Shown in pieces: positions 51,979-64,000 of a stretch of DNA of 64,000 bases (within the stretch, counting starts at the first letter, position 1; each line of letters opens with the position of its first letter). The notes beneath the pieces were generated by a model. The model was not told where the DNA came from, did not search any database, and saw nothing but the letters and a program-made list of their open reading frames with translations. The position numbers and the translations under genes are program-made. Source of the stretch: Heterodontus francisci. Lineage: Eukaryota. The stretch covers positions 199,383,864-199,447,863 of the forward strand of contig NC_090375.1 in assembly GCF_036365525.1 (NCBI RefSeq), read 5' to 3'.

Positions 51979-52017
51979 CACAGAGTTAAACAGCAATTCA
52001 ATCCGCTTACAAAAACC
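51979..52017 (+). other. 23-RSS
   Basis: CACAGAG + 23 bp + ACAAAAACC. Confidence 0.95.
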
Positions 52018-53033
52018 CTCAACACTGCAATTCAAACATCACCAAAACAACATCCGATTCAACTGAAAACTGCCGAAATCTTCCTCCTTCAGTTAAAGGT
52101 TTACTCTCTCACATATCATAAAAATTACACAAAGTAAGCAGCTACCCTCACCGAGCCGTCCATTCCTTTACCTTTAGATCCGACATGGAACATCATAGGA
52201 GAAGAGGACACAGACAACGTAATCGGGTGAAATATCCTGTTGATTCTCTCCACAGACGGTAACCAGGCAGTGCCCAGCACGGCACTGACCCTGTCTGAGT
52301 CTTGCTCACCCATCACCCCATTGTTTTCCAGCCGCAATTGGTTCTCTGGCCCCAAAGCAATCGAACTGGAAATCTTGATCCTCATTTACAAATCGTCCTC
52401 TACTCCAGCTCTGCAACCTTCCCCACTTTATATCCTCAGAAATAGGGTTGCCCAGGTGATGTGGGAGAATGAAGCAGAGCCGGAATGCCAAGTTATTGGG
52501 CAATGTCTTGGTACAGGAATAAGGACCAGTGGTGATGGGTCTGGTCTCTGGAGACAGGTATATTTCCCATTCGTAACGAAATTAAAGGACATTCTCACGA
52601 ATGAGAATGACAACCAGAACTCACAGCTAAGGAAAGATTAAATTATGACAGTTTAATTAAAGGATGGAGCAGAGCGATTGAAAGACCATGTTAAAGCTAT
52701 AAATAAACTCAACCAGGAGGATAGAAACGTTTCTGATCAGGCTGCCAGAATGGTCTGTGTATTTTGTATGGCTCCTGATTGGTAGAGCAGGCCAGGGAAA
52801 ATCTGAGGCAAATTCACAGAGCGGAGGTGCTGCTTGGGAGACTAATAACCATCAGGACACATTGGATGAGTGACAGAACAACATCACGGTGTGCCAACTC
52901 AGAGGTTTGTTGTGGGCATACCCTGTTCAAACAGATTGTAAAAGGGAAGATTTCAAGATAATGGGTTTGGTGATGTAACTTCTGGTAATGCCACAAGGGG
53001 AAGCACCGCTCCCGGTCTCGAGAATAGCGAACA

Positions 53034-56000
53034 AAGAACAAATAACAAAGAAAATTACAGCACAGGAACAGGCCCAACGGCCCTCCAAGCCTGCGCCGAT
53101 CCAGATCCTCTATCTAAACATGTCGCCTATTTTCTAAGGGTCTGTATCTCTTTACTTCCTGCCCATTCATGTATCTGTCTAGATACATCTTAAAAGACGC
53201 TATCGTGCCCGCGTCTACCACCTCCGCTGGCAACGCATTCCAGGCACCCACCACCCTCTGTGGAAAGAACTTTCCACGCATATCGCCCCCTAAACTTTTC
53301 CCCTTTCACTTTGAACTCGTGACCCCTAGTAATTGAATCCCCCACTCTGGGAAAAAGCTTCTTGCTATCCACCCTGTCTATACCTTTCATGATTTTGTAT
53401 GCCTCAATCAGGTCCCCCCTCAACCTCCGTCTTTCGAATGAAAATAATCCTAATCTACTCAACATAGCTAGCGCCCTCCATACCAGGCAACATCCTGGTG
53501 AACCTCCTCTGCACCCTCTCCAAAGCATCCACATCTTTTTGGTAATGTGGCGACCAGAACTGCACGCAGTATTCCAAATGTGGCCGAACCAAAGTCCTAT
53601 ACAACTGTAACATGACCTGCCAACTCTTGTACTCAATACCCCATCCGATGAAGGAAAGCATGCCGTATGCCTTCTTGACCACTCTATTGACCTGCATTGC
53701 CACCTTCAGGGAACAATGGACCTGAACATCCAAATCTCTCTGGACATCAATTTTCCCCAGGACTTTTCCATTTACTGTATAGTTCACTCTTGAATTGGAT
53801 CTTCCAAAAAGCATCACCTCGCATTTGCCCTGATTGAACTCCATCTGCCATTTCTCTGCCCAACTTTCCAATCTATCTATATTCTGCTGTATTCTCTGAC
53901 AGTCCCCTTCACTATCTGCTACTCCACCAATCTTAGTGTCGTCTGCAAACTTGCTAATCAGACCACCTATACTTTCCTCCAAATCATTTATGTATATCAC
54001 AAACAACAGTGGCCCCAGCACGGATCCCTGTGGAACACCACTGGTCACATGTCTCCATTTTGAGAAACTCCCTTCCACTGCTACTCTCTGTCTCCTGTTG
54101 CCCAGCCAGTTCTTTATCCATCTAGCTAGTACACCTTGGACCCCATGCGACTTCACTTTTTCCATCAGCCTACCATGGGGAACCTTTTCAAATGCCTTAC
54201 TGAAGTCCATGTATATGACATCTACAGCCCTTCCCTCATCAATCAACTTTGTCACTTCCTCAAAGAATTCTATTAAGTTGGTAAGACATGACCTTCCCTG
54301 CACAAAACCATGTTGCCTATCACTGATAAGCCCATTTTCTTCCAAATGGGAATAGATCCTATCCCTCAGTATCTTCTCCAGCAGCTTCCCTACCACTGAT
54401 GTCAGGCTCACCAGTCTATAAGTACCTGGATTATCCCTGCTACCCTTCTTAAACAAGGGGACAACATTAGCAATTCTCCAGTCCTCCGGGACCTCACCCA
54501 TGTTTAAGGATGCTGCAAAGATATCTGTTAAGGCCCCAGCTATTTCCTCTCTCGCTTCCCACAGTAACCTGGGATAGATCCCATCGGGACCTGGGGACTT
54601 GTCCACCTTAATGCCTTTTAGAATACCCAACACTTCCTCCCTCCTTATGCCGACTTGACCTCGAGTAATCAAACATCTGTTCCTAACCTCAACATCCGTC
54701 ATGTCCCTCTCCTCGGTGAATACCGATGCAAAGTACTCATTTAGAATCTCACCCATTTTCTCTGACTCCACGCATAACTTTCCTCCTTTGTCCTTGAGTG
54801 GGCCAATCCTTTCTCTATTTACCCTCTTGCTCCTTATATATGAATAAAAGGCTTTGGGATTTTCCTTAACCCTGTTTGCTCAAGATATTTCATGACCCCT
54901 TTTAGCCCTCTTAATTCCTCATTTCAGATTGGTCCTACATTCCCAATATTCTTTCAAAGCTTCGTCTTTCTTCAGCCGCCTGGACCTTATGTATGCTTCC
55001 TTTTTCCTCTTAGCTAGTCTCACAATTTCACCTGTCATCCATGGTTCCCTAATCTTGCCATTTCTATCCCTCATTTTCACAGGAACATGTCTCTCCTGCA
55101 CGCTAATCAACCTCTCTTTAAAAGCCTCCCACATATCAGATGTGGATTTACCTTCAAACAGCTGCTCGCAATCTACATTCCCCAGCTCCTGCCGAATTTT
55201 GGTATAGTTGGCCTTCCCCCAATTTAGCACTCTTCCTTTAGGACCACTCTCGTCTTTGTCCATGAGTATTTTAAAGCTTACGGAATTGTGATCACTATTC
55301 CCAAAGTAGTCCCCTACTGAAGCTTCAACCACCTGGCCGGGCTCATTCCCCAACACCAGGTCCAGTATGGCCCCTTCCCGAGTTGGACTATTTACATACT
55401 GCTCTAGAAAACCCTCCTGGATGCTCCTTACAAATTCTGCTCCACCTAGACCTCTAACACTAAGTGAATCCCAGTCAATGTTGGGAAGATTAAAATCTCC
55501 TATCACCACCACCCTGTTGCTCCTACATCTTTCCTTAATCTGTTTACATATTTGCACCTCTATCTCACGCTCGCTGTTGGGAGGCCTGTAGTACAGCCCC
55601 AACATTGTCACCGCACCCTTCCTATTTCTGAGTTCTGCCCATATTGCCTCACTGCTCTCGAGTCCTCCATAGTGCCCTCCTTCAGCACAGCTGTGATATC
55701 CTCTTTGACCAGTAATGCAACTCCTCCACCCCTTTTATCTCCCTCTCTATCCCGCCTGAAGCATCGATATCCTGGGATATTTAGTTGCCAATCATGCCCT
55801 TCCCTCAACCAAGTCTCAGTAATAGCAATAACATCATATTCCCAGATACTAATCCAAGCCCTAAGTTCATCTGCCCTACCTACTACACTTCGTGCATTAA
55901 AACAAATGCACCTCAGACCACCAGTCCCTTTGCGTTCATCATCTGCTCCCTGCCTACTCTTCCCCTTTGTCACGCTGACTTTATTATTTAGTTCCTTACA

Positions 56001-57987
56001 GGCTTTAGTTACTACCTCCTTACTGTCCACTGACCTCCTCATTTGGTTCCCATCCCCCTGCCACATTAGTTTAAACCCTCCCCAACAGCGTTAGCAAAAG
56101 CACCCCCAAGGACATTGGTTCCAGTCCGGCCCAGGTGTAGACCGTCCAATTTGTAATAGTCCCACCTCCCCCAGAACCGGTCCCAATGTCCCAAAAATCT
56201 GAACCCCTCCTTCCTGCACCATCTCTCAAACCACGCATTTATCCTGACTATTCTTTCATTTCTACACTGACTATCACGTGGCACTGGTAGCAATCCTGAG
56301 ATTACCACCTCTGAGGTCCTACTTTTTAACTTGGCTCCTAACTCCCTAAATTCTGCTTGTAGGACCTCATCCCGTTTTTTACCTGTATCATTGGTGCCTA
56401 TGTGCACAACGACAACTGGCTGTTCACCCTCCCCATTCAGAATGTTCTGCAGCCGATCTGAGACATCCCTGACCCGTACACCTGGGAGGCAACATACCAT
56501 TCGGGAGTCTAGTTTTCGACCACCTATCTACTTCTCTTACAATCCAATCCCCTGTGATTATAGCCCTTCCACTCTTTTTCCCGCCCTTCCAAACAGCAGA
56601 GCCAGCCACGGTGCCACGAACCTGGTTACTGCTGCCTTCCCCTGGTGAGCCATCTCCCTCAACAGTATCCAAAACGGTATACTTGTTTTGGAGGGAGATG
56701 ACCACAGGGGACTTCTGCGCTGCCTTCCTGCTCTTTCTCTGCCTTTTGGTCACCCATTCCCTTTCTCCCTCAGCAATCCTAATCTGCGGTGTGACCAATT
56801 CGCTAAACTTGCTATCCACGACCTCCTCAGCATTGCGGATGCTCCAAAGTGAGTCCACCCGCAGCTCCAGAGCCATCATGTGGTCGAACAAGAGCTGCAG
56901 CTGGACACACTTCCTGCACGTGAAGGAGTCAGGGACATCAGCCGTGTCCCTGAGCTCCCACATTGAGCAAGAGGAGCATGACACGGGTCTGAGATCTCCT
57001 GCCATTTTTAATCTTAAGCTTAACTTAGTTAAATGAAAAAGGAATGAAAAGTTTTTACCAATCACACGATGAAAAAAAAGAGAAATTGAAAAGGCCTTAC
57101 CTTATCTACACACCACCAAGTCCTTTTTTTTGGTTAGAGGAGGAGGGCGGGTGGGAGACACTACAGGTGTAGTGTCTCGGGTTCAGAAACAGCCCAAATA
57201 TATAGGGTTTTACTTACCCAGCAGCCCCCTGGTCTCCGCCAAAAACAAAAGGAAATTAAGTTTACTTTGAAACTGACCTTCCCAGCTGCTCACTCGCTCG
57301 CACTCTCTACTCCTGAATAAGCTGCTGCAATGAAAGGCAAGTTATTTTAAACAGATCAAATATATAGGGTTTTACTTACCCAGCAGCCCCCTGGTCTCCA
57401 CCGAAAACAAAAGGAAATTATGTTTACTTTGAAACTGACCTTCCCAGCTGCTCACTCGCTCGCACTCTCTGCTCCCGAATAAGCTGCTGCAATGAAAGGT
57501 AAGTTATTTTAAACAGCCCAAATATATAGGGTTTTACTTACCCAGCAGCCCCCTGCTCTCTGCCGCAAAGAAAAGGAAATTAAGTTTACTTTGAAACTGA
57601 CCTTCCCAGCTGCTCACTCGCTCGCACTCTCTGCTCCCGAATAAGCTGCTGCAATGAAAGGTAAGTTATTTTAAACAGCCCAAATATATAGGGTTTTACT
57701 TACCCAGCAGCCCCCTGCTCTCCACCGAAAACAAAAGGAAATTAAGTTTACTTTGAAACTGACCTTCCCAGCTGCTCACTCACTCACGCTCTCTGCTCCC
57801 GAATAAGCTGCTGCAATGAAAGGTAAGTTATTTTAAACAGCCCAAATATATAGGGTTTTACTTACCCAGCAGCCCCCTGGTCTCCGCCGAAAACAAAAGG
57901 AAATTAAGTTTACTTTGAAACTGACCTTCCCAGCTGCTCACTCGCTTGCACTCTCTGTTCCCGAATAAGCTGCTGCAATGAAAAAAA
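53034..57987 (-). mobile_element. Full-length young CR1 LINE (5' monomers, ORF1 Zn finger + SGNH esterase, ORF2 APE-RT), TSD GAACA
   Basis: ORF1 ~57003-56066 (CSSCSMWE..CRKC, VHIGTND, DGLHL); ORF2 pieces 56066-55608, 55611-54919, 54771-53455 (FADD); GAACA at 53029-53033 and 57988-57992. Confidence 0.96.
57187..57983 (-). repeat. 162-bp tandem monomers (~4.9 copies) forming the CR1 5' end
   Basis: Units start at 57187, 57349, 57511, 57673 and 57835, highly similar. Confidence 0.95.
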
Positions 57988-58828
57988 GAACATATCAGTC
58001 ATCAAGGTGGATAATCATATTGACGGGAACTAGGTTAGAAGGGTGCACTGACAGAAGAGGTAATGTGATATGCCCCTATTGGTTGGAAAAGCATCCCAGT
58101 CAACATGTGGATTCAACCTTACTGAGCTAAACTGTGCCATGGAGGCTGCAAGGGTGGCTCTGAAATCTAAGCAGGCAGCCTATGTTGGGGAAGGGAATAC
58201 TGTGTAACCACTAAGGGAAAGGGGTACAAGCATGGAAGGAATTTATGGTGCCTGATATCCCAACCTACCTTCTGTTGTACGCCTGAAGAGCCTGTAGGAA
58301 CAGGTAATAGGGAGATTGTAAATATTTGGAGCCCTAACAGTACTGAGTTTAACGTGAGGGAGGATTTAAAGGGAACTTTGAGACAGTATTTGGAGAAGTT
58401 TAGGTATGACACACCCCTGTTACTTAAGCATTTGACTAAATTGCGGGGGGAGATTGATAAGTCATGAAAGTTTATTATCAAATCCAATGAATGAGCCACC
58501 AGATTTTGCAAGAGATTAATGACATCCCAGAAACATCTTGGTGGGATGGGATATGGAATTGGAGAGGTATTATTGAGATACACCCCTGGATAAGAATTAT
58601 CTCCCATTACACTCGCTGTTGTACATTTGCTTATTGTTGTGTATCTGTTGTATGAACAATGTCATTCGTGCAAACATAGTAGAGCGGAACAGTGAGTGAA
58701 AATATTACTGGAGAGACGGAATAACGTGAATGGATTAGATTTGAAAGTGTAGTCCTATTCACAGACGAAATTATACACTTAAGGGTGGATGCTGTAATGC
58801 ATTTGGATACCTCTTGTATTTTTGTTAT

Positions 58829-59360
58829 TGTTACGACAAGGTGAGAAGGGGTTTAGGGGTTCTCTCTCAACCTTTACCTGGCTTAAGCGTAACAGGGTTT
58901 AATTTTAGAAATGCTATGTTTTTAGTTCCCCCTCAGTGAATCCTTGTTCACTGCTCCAATTGCAAGGTAAATAATTCAGACAGGTTTCCTTAGATTTAAC
59001 AAGAAATGTGAACGTTTATTAATCTTAAACTCTTTTCCAGTTAACGACTATGAATGTGTGACACAACCATGTGAGCATGCATGCGCAATAAATGAACATG
59101 CAGATAGAGACAGAAAAAGTAGAAAAGAAGAAAGAGGAAATGTTTGAGGCAATATCAAGATTATAATTACAGTTCTTTGAGTTCAATGTGGAGTCTTTGG
59201 TTGCCGGTAAGACCTGCTGTTCATTGGGGCCCAGTTTAGGCTTCAACTTGTTTCGATGTCAGAGTCTTTTCTCTCTTGAGGTTTACATGTCTTCTGTGGG
59301 TCTGGTGATTTGGAAAAAGTAAGACAGAGACAGCCTGGAGAGCAGCTTTCTTGATCCAGT
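58829..59360. mobile_element. Partial solo LTR related to the Gmr1-like LTRs at 36624 and 41137
   Basis: Starts TGTTACG; shares TAACAGGGTTT..TTTTAG..CCTCAGTGA.TCCTTG.TCACTGCT with those LTRs. Confidence 0.75.
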
Positions 59361-59995
59361 GTAGCCGGATGGCTAACAGCTAAGCATCTGCAAAGCATGA
59401 AGGGAAAAATAGCCATCTTTACACAAGGACAAGGACTGTGAAACAGCTGCAGTTGCAGTTTAACGAACCCAGCCTGATGAATAGGCACTGTGTGATAAGA
59501 TGTGCTCCGAATGAGACTATGAGACTGCTGCGGTTGCAAAGGTTGCTAATCAAGGATAGATAAGAAGAACAAGGCCAATAGATGTATTTTGTCTTGCAAC
59601 TAGTAGCTAAGCAAATGGATGAATCCAAGACATGGGGGTACGTGACTAAGTACATTTTCGATGCTGGGAGCAACTGGACAAAAAGGGGAGGCTAGGAGCC
59701 TCCACAGCGAAGACCTGCAGGAACAAACATCGTGGAAGGGAATCCTGTGTCCGAGACTCAGTGAAGAGAACCCATCGGGGGGGGGAGACTGATCATCTTA
59801 CCTCGCAACGGGTAGTATTTAAGTCCAAGCCATGAGTCTTGTGATTGTTGTAACAAGTAACAAGTAGTTTAACAAGTGAAATAACGAGTAGCTTAATAAG
59901 TGATTTAAGTCTCAATAAAAGTGTTTATATGAAGTATCCCATGTAGGTATCCTTTGTCCACCACATCAGTTGACACCCTAGTTTGAGGGTCAACA
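59360..59995 (+). mobile_element. LTR (R/U5 end) of an env-bearing element; 5' boundary uncertain
   Basis: AATAAA at ~59915; terminal hairpin GTTGACACCCT..AGGGTCAAC; ends CA at 59995 just before the PBS. Confidence 0.7.
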
Positions 59996-59998
59996 TTT

Positions 59999-60016
59999 TG
60001 GCATCCCTGGGTGGGC
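59999..60016 (+). other. Primer binding site complementary to tRNA-Asn
   Basis: TGGCATCCCTGGGTGGGC, one mismatch to TGGCGTCCCTGGGTGGGC (reverse complement of the vertebrate tRNA-Asn 3' end, from memory). Confidence 0.8.
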
Positions 60017-62229
60017 ACAGTTAAGTGATCTCCTTAAAGTCACACCGTGTCTGACCCATAGATGTGCAAGACAAACAGTAGAACTGATGGATGCCTGCCC
60101 AGATAGCTAGTTGTACGAGGGAATTGTGTGAAAAGGAAATGGAAATTGTTAGGTTAAAAGAGGAACTCGAGTTTGCGCAGAGAGGGGAGGTGAAAGGATT
60201 ATGTCTCTTCACCTCTTCACACTTCGTCCAAAAACATAGGAAACAAGTTTCTGTGCCTTTTGATTCGGATGTGTGAATGTTGGAAGCTTCCACCAATGAA
60301 ATGAATGTCCTTGGGATGTGCAGCTTGTGTTCTGTAGAACTGAAAGCCCTTAATTCTTTGTTGTCTGGCTTTAATGTTGAAAGCATGAGTTACTTGTTCT
60401 ATTTTTACACGTGTATATTTTGTGGGAACCTTGAGTCATGTTTTGGTTGCGAACTAGTTGAACCAGTGTGTGTTCTTTGGCATCGGGACAGGGAATTTGC
60501 CTCAGATTTTGGTACATTGAATTCATAACCCATTACAGGAATCAATTTTCTAAGTTGTTTGGAATTGATTGAGTGTGAAAAATGATTGTTGAGTGTGTTC
60601 ATTTCAATTTAAGATTGTGCAACCAGAAATGGGATATAAAATTGAATTATATTTTAAGTTAAAGTTTTATTGTTATTTTAAAAGTTGGTTTTGCAGCTGT
60701 GAAAAGGCAATGAACAATTTTCTAAAAGATAAGCTTCAGCCTTGAAGGTCTGAAGATGTCTGTCAGAAATCCAATTTGAAGTTTAAAACATTGGTTTAAT
60801 TGGTGTTCCAGTTTAAAATCTGTTCTTTTTTTTGCAGTTTAAATTAAAGACATGTTTTACTGACTGTTTTAAGTAACAAATGTGAGGAATTGGATATTAG
60901 TTTAAGGGAGAGAAGGATAAATAAAGGAAATATGGCAAAGATTCTGTCTGTTTAAAGTTTGTTTAAGAAGCTGGTGTCAAATTTTTTGTTATAAGAATGT
61001 TAAATAACTGTTTCTTTAATTTTTGGTTTTATTAGTCATTTAAAAAGGCGCCTGAAGAAAGAACAAGAAAAATGATATAATTTACCTATCTTTAAAAAAA
61101 GTACATGCTATTCTGTTCTGTGTGTGGTTAGTAAGTATTATAAGTTAATAAGTCTGAGTTAAGTTTATACTATTAAGATTAACTGACCTGCAAAGTTGAG
61201 AAAACTGGAAATTTCATTTGTGGCCACAATAAACTTTCAAATTTATTATGTAAATTTTTGGGGGAGTCTTTAATTCCGGACATAAGACCCGCTCGTATAA
61301 CATCGGCTGTTTTGATTTTTAAATATTTATTGCCGTGAATTGTAATTTGGAATCATCTTGGTTGTATAAACAAAATCCTTGGATTAGAAACCTCTTACAA
61401 AAGATGCTAAAAGTTTGGAAGCAATTGGAGTTTAATCTAAAATGCTGTCTTCCTTTGAAGTTGATGCTGTTACTAATGATTTTGTTGCTTTCAAACCCTA
61501 AGAATGCCAAAAGAATTGAACAAAAAACAGTTTAAAATGGAGTTTAGTTCTTTTCAATCAAAAAAAAGGTTACTCAAAGTGACCATGTGAGAAGGTTTTG
61601 CTCCGCCCTCTTGGAGACAAGCAAAAATAAATTAACCCCGCTGCTGCTATTGTTTTTCCATTTAATTCGCCACACAATTTTTGCATTGCTGAGAGTAAAA
61701 TTTATATATATTGGACATTATTTAATCTTAAATTTCTAAATTGACAGATATAATTGGACAAATTAACCCATTGTGCGCAGGGGCAGAGCCACAATGGATT
61801 CTTTCTGGGGTTTTTTAAAGCAGGTGATGGTAGGTTCCAAGCCCACATGAGAACTGAGGCCACAGCAAGAGATCCAGCAGCTTTGAGAATTTAAGAACTT
61901 AATTGCGGACATCAAATATCACAGCATCTTTATCAATGAGACAAAGTACTGGAGAAGGAGAAATAGTTGCAAGCACTTCTGTCTTTAATGAAAAAAATTG
62001 CAATATCATCAAGTCTGGGCATAAGAAGTTGGAATCGATAGACACAATTTAACTGATATGAGTGGTTATTTAAAGCACTCAAAGGGAAATTTATCTGACA
62101 TTTAAGAGGACAATCAAAGTTTTAGAAAAAAAGCCAGTCTAAGTGGTTTACTGTGTTGGACCTTAGCAATAGGAACTGTCTTTTTTATATATATGATCTC
62201 CTAAAAAAAAAAAGAACTATTATGTACCT

Positions 62230-64000
62230 GATGGACAATTTAATCTACCAGGACGAATCCCATGAGTGTCAGGTTTTGACAGCAAAGGCCCTCAAGGGAC
62301 GTGTTGTGTCAAAATCATTGGGGGGTGTACAAGGGAAGGAGCCAGCAATGTATGGTCGTGTGATGATGAAGAATGTAGAAACCGATCAATATGTGTGAAA
62401 CCACACAACGATAGGGACTGTTGGCTCTATTGTGTTGGGAAAAATAAAAAAGGACAGTTCCTATTCCAGGTTGTGAGATTAAACGGGCAAGAAGCACCAA
62501 CTCCCGTGGTTACCCCCACATCCAAATTACCAACGGGTAGGTTTACGACCCAGCAGCCATAAGTGACTGATCTCTCTTGCCCTGCCTTAACTGCAGGACC
62601 AGAAAATGGACTTGCAATAATAAAAACTAGTAACATTTTATATGATAATCTACAGCATGAGGTAATATTGAATATCTCAGATATCCAGCTACCTGACTGG
62701 TTCCCTGAGAAGCCCCGAGAGTTGAGTTTAGTTTAATTTAGTTTAGAGATACAGCACTGAAATAGGCCCTTCGGCCCACCGAGTCTGTGCCGACCATCAA
62801 CCACCCATTTATACTAATGCTACACGAATCCCATATTCCTACCACATCCCCACCTGTCCCTATATTTCCCTACCACCTACCTATACTATGGCAATTTATA
62901 ATGGCCAATTAACCTATCAAGGTTAAACTATTAAAGTTGAACAAGGTATTACTGCAACAATTACTGAGACAAGAGTTCGGTGATGAGGGAATAATGAAGG
63001 GAAAAAGACGTAAACGTTGTTTAGTGAATGATGCAGCTACGATCTTTAATACAGGAACTTCAATTGTCAATACTATAGACTTGGAAAATGTGGACCAGAA
63101 GTTTAGAACTCTCAGCCAGCTAGTAAAGGATATTTTTAAAAAGGAGCAAAAAGGCCAGAATTGATGTAGTTGGCAGGATCCTGACGAGAAGCTTATTTTG
63201 AGCTCGCAGGATCTGAACTAGACACCAAAATACAAAAGGGGAAGTTAACAATTCAGGAAGTCCTCTAGTATAGGTTAGTTAAGGATTCAGGGAATCCTCA
63301 TGGGCCAGGGGTCCATTTTGGAATTGAGAGGGTACTTAGAGGATAAGTGGCCCTCATGGAGTTTGCAGTTAAGCAGTGCACGGGTCAGGGATCCATAGCA
63401 GTGCAGCATGGGGAGACTGCTCGTACTCACCGGGCTAAGAGAGCCCCTAAACTTTTCCTTGTCATATGTTTGTATTCCGGTGCCTGGGAGTTTGACATCA
63501 TTGGAAAAGGGGTCAATCTTCCCATCCTGAGTTAAATTAGGCACAACAGAATTGACATAGGTGGCAGGATTAATGTCACGGAAGAAATGGATAAAAAGGG
63601 GAGTACTGTACTACCACCTCATTAAAGGAATATCAATATGGCATCTGGGCTTATTTGATTACCACCCTTTGCTTTAACCCCCAAATACCAGCCAGAATAG
63701 GCCAAGTCGAGCTGGTTGATATACATAAGAGGGAAGAAACTGTGCTTAATGTCACGGAAGAAATTAAACAGAGTTTGGGAAGGTATTTTGAAAAATACGA
63801 AACTAACATTAGACTTGTACCGAGGACTTGCAATGGATCAAGAACCAGTTAGCTAAAACCCGCCAGGCATTTGTCAAAGTCATTCAGAAAGCTGAGGGAA
63901 CCGGGTGAAAGATTGAAATGATTAGAGTAACCAATTGGTGGGATGATATTTTTAATGGGATACCAACATACAGATACATCCCTGGATAAGAATTGTTTCA
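62230..64000 (+). pseudogene. Second degenerate env-like glycoprotein gene, runs off the window
   Basis: Cys-rich ORF 62266-62562; furin site RRKR 63006-63017 followed by a fusion-peptide/heptad-like segment; ORF 63655-63852 and the WWDDIF/IHPWIRIVS end are homologous to 58260-58605. Confidence 0.72.
62725..62920 (-). mobile_element. V-SINE 3' half inserted in the env-like gene
   Basis: Reverse complement of ~49604-49800. Confidence 0.85.

Larger units (their letters stand above)
46224..52435 (+). repeat. Segmental duplication unit, copy 2 (V-A' leader remnant and V-B')
   Basis: Collinear with 2551-12862 apart from a ~4.4-kb gap at ~48220 and copy-specific insertions. Confidence 0.93.
52436..58695 (+). 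pseudogene. Degenerate env-like (class I fusion glycoprotein-like) gene of an LTR element, in two parts (~52570-53033 and 57993-58695) split by a CR1
   Basis: Manual translation across frameshifts: heptad-like region, ..PVSRIANI/SVIK.., Cys-rich block, WWDGIWNW, IHPWIRIISH, hydrophobic TM-like stretch, stop ~58695; followed by purine tract AAGGGTGGA (58781-58789) and TGTAATG (58793). Confidence 0.7.

Noticed and set aside
57187-57983. Possible CRISPR-like array or satellite
   Set aside because: No unique spacers; eukaryotic DNA; the array is part of the CR1 5' UTR.

Overview
Eukaryotic, repeat-dense vertebrate DNA. The mix of CR1 LINEs, V-SINE/Deu-type SINEs and Penelope elements points to a cartilaginous fish (inference). 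The window is part of the V-segment array of a T-cell receptor gamma (TRG)-like locus. All V segments are on the + strand, each built as leader exon, short intron, V exon and a 23-bp-spacer RSS. Four look intact (11981, 21163, 23534, 51552). Two are pseudogenes: one at 4360 with two stops and a CR1 inserted inside its RSS nonamer, and one at 35910 with a frameshift and a 5.5-kb LTR element splitting FR3. A leader-only remnant lies at 48083. Five distinct V families (A-E) are followed by a segmental duplication (2551-12862 ~ 46224-52435) that restarts the series (A', B'). No D, J or C segment was found. The remainder is mobile DNA: many CR1 LINEs (one full-length, with an esterase ORF1 and 162-bp 5' monomers), two Gmr1-type gypsy elements, Penelope fragments carrying minimal hammerhead ribozymes, SINEs, and two divergent degenerate fusion-glycoprotein (env-like) genes flanking an LTR with a tRNA-Asn primer binding site. 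Most ORFs in the supplied track are retroelement fragments or spurious.
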